Positions 59,595 through 64,000 of a stretch of DNA of 64,000 bases are shown here, piece by piece. Origin of the DNA: a virus; the IMG/VR virus record IMGVR_UViG_3300025012_000066, positions 1 through 64,000 of that record; one strand, given 5' to 3'. A program made the translations under genes and the position numbers. Positions within the stretch are counted from its first letter, which is position 1. Each line of letters begins with the position of its first letter. The notes beneath the pieces were generated by a model. The model saw nothing but the letters and a program-made list of their open reading frames with translations. It did not search any database and was not told where the DNA came from.

Positions 59595-60017
59595 TTAATC
59601 CAAATTCCCTTGATCAAACATATTTTCAATCAGTCCTATAACGTCATCAAGTGTCTCACAATGATTTGAAATACAACTATTAATATGTGGACTCCAATGT
59701 TTCTTTCCAAAGGCTATAACAGGCTTTCCTAGCTCTCTAAATCTAGTTAACTCAAAGATAGTACCTGGACTATAATCTATAGCCTCTAAGCACACAATAC
59801 AGATGTCACACTTATTAATATAGTAATTGTTTTGGTCAACCACAATCTTAGAATCGTATGTATGATTAATTTCTCTTAGAAAATTAATACAAGGATTAAA
59901 TACTTTTACTGAATTTTCATAGGCCCAAGCACCAAATTTATCTCTCCAATCTGTGGCCTTATAGAATTCATTGTTTCTATGATGTATGGTTAATGCTCCA
60001 GCTTCATAAATATACAT
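59595..60017 (-). CDS. nucleoside 2-deoxyribosyltransferase-like protein
   Basis: IYEAG...WR...FNP...CDICIV...SPGTIFEL...GKPV. Confidence 0.8.
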   Translation of the reverse strand: MYIYEAGALTIHHRNNEFYKATDWRDKFGAWAYENSVKVFNPCINFLREINHTYDSKIVVDQNNYYINKCDICIVCLEAIDYSPGTIFELTRFRELGKPVIAFGKKHWSPHINSCISNHCETLDDVIGLIENMFDQGNLD

Positions 60018-60557
60018 TTAATCGCCAATCCTCTCATTTAAATATTCTATAAATTTAATAACTTCCTGCTCTAATTCTTCTTTAGTCTCACATTTTATGT
60101 AATAATCAAAGTCATAATTATCTAATGCTGTTTCAGAAGAATGTAATCTTTGTTTTGACGTAAGTTTATTTTCATGATTAAGTCTTTCAATTCTTAAAGA
60201 TATAAAATGAAAATCATTATCCCATCTCTCAATCTCATTGATAAATCTTGTATCTGGAATTAAAACATAATCGTAATCATCTTCAAAGACTTTTACCAAT
60301 TCAATTACATTATCTACCCAATAATTATTATTTTTTGCTCTAACTTTTTCAGTGCCAATTTTCTGTAACAACTCTCTGCCTTTAATATCTTTTTCACCAT
60401 TCCATCCGAAATATTTTTGGCAAAGAAATTTAAGTTGATCACCATAATTTATAATTAATACTCTTTTGCCTTGTTTTTGTAATTCTATTTTAAGAAGAGT
60501 GGCAGTCAGGTCTTTGCCTGATTCTGCCTTTCCTGAAATCGGTATAATGATTGGCAT
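60018..60557 (-). CDS. deoxynucleoside monophosphate kinase-like protein
   Basis: ISGKAESGKD P-loop; RELLQKIGTE; DTRFINE; HSSE. Confidence 0.85.
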   Translation of the reverse strand: MPIIIPISGKAESGKDLTATLLKIELQKQGKRVLIINYGDQLKFLCQKYFGWNGEKDIKGRELLQKIGTEKVRAKNNNYWVDNVIELVKVFEDDYDYVLIPDTRFINEIERWDNDFHFISLRIERLNHENKLTSKQRLHSSETALDNYDFDYYIKCETKEELEQEVIKFIEYLNERIGD

Positions 60558-60562
60558 ATTAT

Positions 60563-61222
60563 TTATTCTCCTTTCAATAACATTTCTTTAGTAGGATATT
60601 TATTACAACCATTTTTCTCATTGCAATATCCTAACACTTCACACTTTACTTTTGCATAACTAATAATTTTTTCCCATTCACTATCCAAATCACTAACAAT
60701 ACTTTTTAATTCCTTAATAAATTTTCTAAATTCCCAATACGCTCTAGTACATTCCCTAACTTCTACCATATGCAAAATTGCTCTTGCGTTGATTTTTAAA
60801 ACCATTTTGCTTTCCATTCCTAATGGGAGAATATTAGCAATATCTTCTTTAGGAATACACAAGTCTTCTAATTTTTTATAAGTATCCATAATATTTGACA
60901 TGATATTTTGATATATTTCTAATGCTAAATTATTTTTTGTAATAGATTGTGGAATAATATAGTTAAATTCTCCATATTTAATATATCTTGTACTGGCTTG
61001 AAGTCTTGACGTTCCTGATATATGAGTATAAATTTCACGGATAACCCTTGCTGAATATCCACTTATTTGTAAAGTGACATCTGCGTACTCTAAGACTCTA
61101 CCATGATTTGATTCAATACAGTCAATTCCTATTTGTGGAGAAGGATTTGAATCCCAACAGTAACTAGCACACTCCCCCATTAATGATAATGGATTTTTTG
61201 TATAACTAATAACTTTAATCAA
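60563..61222 (-). CDS. thyX: FAD-dependent thymidylate synthase (divergent motif)
   Basis: HGRVLEY, SARVIRE..TH...S.LQASTRY, PKED...ILP, INAR..R..RAYWE. Confidence 0.85.
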   Translation of the reverse strand: MIKVISYTKNPLSLMGECASYCWDSNPSPQIGIDCIESNHGRVLEYADVTLQISGYSARVIREIYTHISGTSRLQASTRYIKYGEFNYIIPQSITKNNLALEIYQNIMSNIMDTYKKLEDLCIPKEDIANILPLGMESKMVLKINARAILHMVEVRECTRAYWEFRKFIKELKSIVSDLDSEWEKIISYAKVKCEVLGYCNEKNGCNKYPTKEMLLKGE

Positions 61223-61241
61223 TTATATCTTCCTCTCTTAA

Positions 61242-61760
61242 TTAAATCTTCACCTTGTCGTATTTATATTTCTTCTTATAGACACATTGATTCTTATGTG
61301 ATAAACACCCATCACAATTCTTCTTGACAACAAAATCTATAGGTGAAAAACAGGAATTTTTATTCTTATATGGAATATACCCGTTAGCAATAACCTTGAT
61401 TTCTTCATTGGATAATTCAATATCATCTTCTTGATTTTGACTTAATTCATTGTTTTCATCACTTACTAATTCTGCTTCAAATTTCTCTAAACTCTGAAGG
61501 ATAGTACCATTAATATCCTTCAATAGAGAATCATCCAAGGAAAATTTAATACAGTAATATTCAGTTTGATTCTTGTGACTTCGTTTTGTAATAGTACACA
61601 ACGTATTTCTATATTCCTCAATAATACCCTTGTATATAGCATCACTTCCTACATCAAAAGCATATTTAAATTTAGTTGGTTCACTAGTCTCCTTATATTT
61701 ATCCACTTTCTTAGGTTTACTAGTTTGATTTAGTAAAGATTTACTTGCCAAATTCTTCAC
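61242..61760 (-). CDS. hypothetical protein
   Basis: RBS GAAAGGA. Confidence 0.65.
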   Translation of the reverse strand: MKNLASKSLLNQTSKPKKVDKYKETSEPTKFKYAFDVGSDAIYKGIIEEYRNTLCTITKRSHKNQTEYYCIKFSLDDSLLKDINGTILQSLEKFEAELVSDENNELSQNQEDDIELSNEEIKVIANGYIPYKNKNSCFSPIDFVVKKNCDGCLSHKNQCVYKKKYKYDKVKI

Positions 61761-61889
61761 ATCCTTTCGTTAACTCTGCACTACAATATATACACACACA
61801 CCATATAAATTATTATACATTAATTACAGCACAGAGTCAATATAATTTTATTTCTTGCTTTATGTATAATATTATCCCCCTAATATAAG

Positions 61890-62111
61890 CTAATATTGCA
61901 CAAATCCAACAACATGCTCATCTTTCTCATTCAATAATTCATAAGCAACTTTAATAATTTGCCTTAATATGATATCACACTCATTAAAATCCCTTCCCTC
62001 AAAATCAGCAGTCAAGAATCCTTTCATTCTATCATAGTGTTTTATCTCTAATTCCTTGTTTGAAAGAGTTTCCTTGTTTAAAATGTTTACATTATTTCTC
62101 ATGATAATCAT
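61890..62111 (-). CDS. hypothetical protein
   Basis: RBS AAGGAG. Confidence 0.6.
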   Translation of the reverse strand: MIIMRNNVNILNKETLSNKELEIKHYDRMKGFLTADFEGRDFNECDIILRQIIKVAYELLNEKDEHVVGFVQY

Positions 62112-62141
62112 TCTCCTTTTAATTTATATTTATATTTTACT

Positions 62142-62435
62142 CTACTCCCAAGTATCTTCTTCAGGTAAACTAATTGCAACAACTACTTCACCGCTACGAT
62201 ATAACTCTAAGATATGTCTACACATGTATTCTTTGCTAGGTTTTTGCCAATCAAAACAAATTACAATATTGGCATTGTTAATTTTTAATTTAAATCCATT
62301 CCAATGTTCCTGTTTTTCTATTTCTGCATCAACAACAGATAATTTAGTGATAATTCCCAATTCTCCACCTGAATGAACAGATTCTATTTTAATTACCTTA
62401 TTTAATGTTTTATTAATAAAATATTCTAAATCCAT
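62142..62435 (-). CDS. hypothetical protein
   Basis: RBS AGGAGG. Confidence 0.65.
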   Translation of the reverse strand: MDLEYFINKTLNKVIKIESVHSGGELGIITKLSVVDAEIEKQEHWNGFKLKINNANIVICFDWQKPSKEYMCRHILELYRSGEVVVAISLPEEDTWE

Positions 62436-62651
62436 ATGTATTCCTCCTAATAATTTTATTTTTTAATCTTTGATTTGATATTCAGGGCAATCTAAACTAT
62501 TAAACACAACACCTTGAGTTAACCAACAATACTTTGAAAGTTCATATGTATTGGTTAATCCATGAATACCTAAACACTTATTAATAGAATTATTTACATT
62601 ATGTATACATTTAATTAATTTACAGTTCTGATTCATACTGATACCAACTTC

Positions 62652-63038
62652 CTACCAACTCTTATAATCAGTGAAATCAATTACAATATTACACTCTGGA
62701 CATACACCTTTATATGTAGAACCTATTCCCGAACCATACTCAAACAATAATAAATGTCTTTTACACTTATCACATTCTGCATAGATTCCTTGTGAATTCA
62801 TTTCGTCAGTTTTGCCAATATAAGTGTACCCTTTTCTAATTAATCTCTTCTGTGCTTCTTTATCATATTGATCAGCTTGGAGTTGTGTAATTTGATTTTG
62901 AATTTCTTTAATATATGATTTACGTATGTCTCTTTTAATTCCCAATTCAAGAATTTCTTTTCTAATATTGTCTAACTCTTGATTGGATGATTCTAATTGC
63001 TCTTGTAATTGAGCAATTCGAATGTTTGTATCAAGCAT
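62652..63038 (-). CDS. coiled-coil + zinc-ribbon protein
   Basis: CDKC...CPEC; RBS AAGGAG. Confidence 0.65.
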   Translation of the reverse strand: MLDTNIRIAQLQEQLESSNQELDNIRKEILELGIKRDIRKSYIKEIQNQITQLQADQYDKEAQKRLIRKGYTYIGKTDEMNSQGIYAECDKCKRHLLLFEYGSGIGSTYKGVCPECNIVIDFTDYKSW

Positions 63039-63058
63039 TTTAGTTCACTCCTTTATAA

Positions 63059-63247
63059 TTATTTTATCGCCTTCAATTCTAAAGCAACACGTTCTGAATG
63101 GCCCATTACTCTATATTTCTCAATATCAACAACTTTATAGTTTTTACTTTCATTTTTGATAGTTATTGTTTCACCATTTTTATAATTTGCATTTGATGTG
63201 TATGCTGTTACTACATCACCTTTAGCATTGTATAATAGAATATCCAT
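63059..63247 (-). CDS. hypothetical protein
   Basis: RBS AAGGAGG. Confidence 0.6.
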   Translation of the reverse strand: MDILLYNAKGDVVTAYTSNANYKNGETITIKNESKNYKVVDIEKYRVMGHSERVALELKAIK

Positions 63248-63452
63248 TTAATTTTCCTCCTTTAAATAATTTCAAATTCATTGTAATAATAAATTTCTGC
63301 TAAACCCCTTCTGGCATCAAGTTCAGATAGTTTGTATTCATTCATAAATTCTTCAACTAATTTGAAGTTTATTTTATCCATTGCTTGTAGGATGTAGTTT
63401 TCTTTGTTTGTGATCATTTGTGTGATTCTCCTTCCTTAATTAACATTAAATT

Positions 63453-64000
63453 TTATCTTTCATTTATCCATCTCTCACAAAGACATTTACCACTTTTATA
63501 ACTATCGCAAGGGATTACATTGCCATTCGATAAAACAACTAGCTTTTCTGTTCCTGCGGTACACTTGCCTTCTGAAAATGGTAACCCCAAACGAATTTTG
63601 TCTTGATATTTGAGTTGTAATTCATTGATTATCTTATTCAACTCTTCTTTATTTGGCAATAAAAATTCTTTGTCCGTTCCTCTACCGTGAAGAATGATTT
63701 TTAATAAACTAATCTTATTAACTCCAATGTTTACTAGTTCTATTACTGTATCAATTAATGTATGAAGATTTAATGACATTGGAACAATATGTACTTCTGT
63801 ATTTAAACCAATATCTAAGCAAAGTTTAATATTATTTAAAATAATATCGTGAGCATCTTTTTCTCCAACTATTTGATCATATATGTCATTTTGATGACTG
63901 TAATAAGAAATTATAATATAGTCCAGGTCAATTATTTTTAGTGCTTTTAATTTTGTGTTTATATCGTCTACATAAGTTGAGGTATATAACCGAACTTTAA
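63453..64000 (-). CDS. radical SAM / SPASM-like protein (5' part outside the window)
   Basis: Frame open to the window edge: RLYTS...LDYIIISY...YDQIVG...GRG...CTAG..LVVLSNGNVIPC. Confidence 0.75.
   Translation of the reverse strand, partial: KVRLYTSTYVDDINTKLKALKIIDLDYIIISYYSHQNDIYDQIVGEKDAHDIILNNIKLCLDIGLNTEVHIVPMSLNLHTLIDTVIELVNIGVNKISLLKIILHGRGTDKEFLLPNKEELNKIINELQLKYQDKIRLGLPFSEGKCTAGTEKLVVLSNGNVIPCDSYKSGKCLCERWINER

Noticed and set aside
1229-62376. Many short ORFs antisense to or nested in longer genes (e.g. 6534-6896, 14003-14362, 38798-39016, 52372-52617)
   Set aside because: Shadow frames with no RBS or motifs.
1-64000. tRNA, rRNA, integrase/att sites, capsid and terminase genes
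   Set aside because: None recognised by eye in this window; a tRNAscan/HMM run would be needed to exclude them formally.

Overview
AT-rich segment of a large siphovirus-type phage of an endospore-forming Bacillota (Clostridia-like) host, most likely a phage-plasmid. 1-28.8 kb: antirepressors, an intact tail module (tape measure, Dit, Tal-like, tail fibre) and lysis genes (amidase, holin), interspersed with free-standing homing endonuclease genes (HEGs). 29-34 kb: an HNH gene, a GIY-YIG gene and a Rep-like gene preceded by three palindromic sites. 34-50 kb: accessory region with many small genes and several lesions. It contains a compact type V-F CRISPR locus (tracrRNA, leader, 3-repeat array, AsCas12f1-like nuclease split by a 1-nt shift and an exact 20-bp tandem duplication), a cas6 3' remnant, an ADP-ribosyltransferase-like gene and fragments resembling virion proteins. 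50-58.5 kb: a DGQHR protein, a VirB4/HerA-like ATPase + M23 peptidase + membrane protein operon, ParM/ParR with flanking repeats, a DnaA-box/Spo0A-box cluster and an antisense-controlled Rep-like gene. 58.5-64 kb: nucleotide metabolism genes (NDT-like, dNMP kinase, ThyX) and a partial radical SAM gene. Four HEGs share a two-hairpin leader whose second loop is complementary to the sequence at or next to the ribosome-binding site. Family assignments come from motifs read by eye and remembered consensus sequences; no database searches were run.
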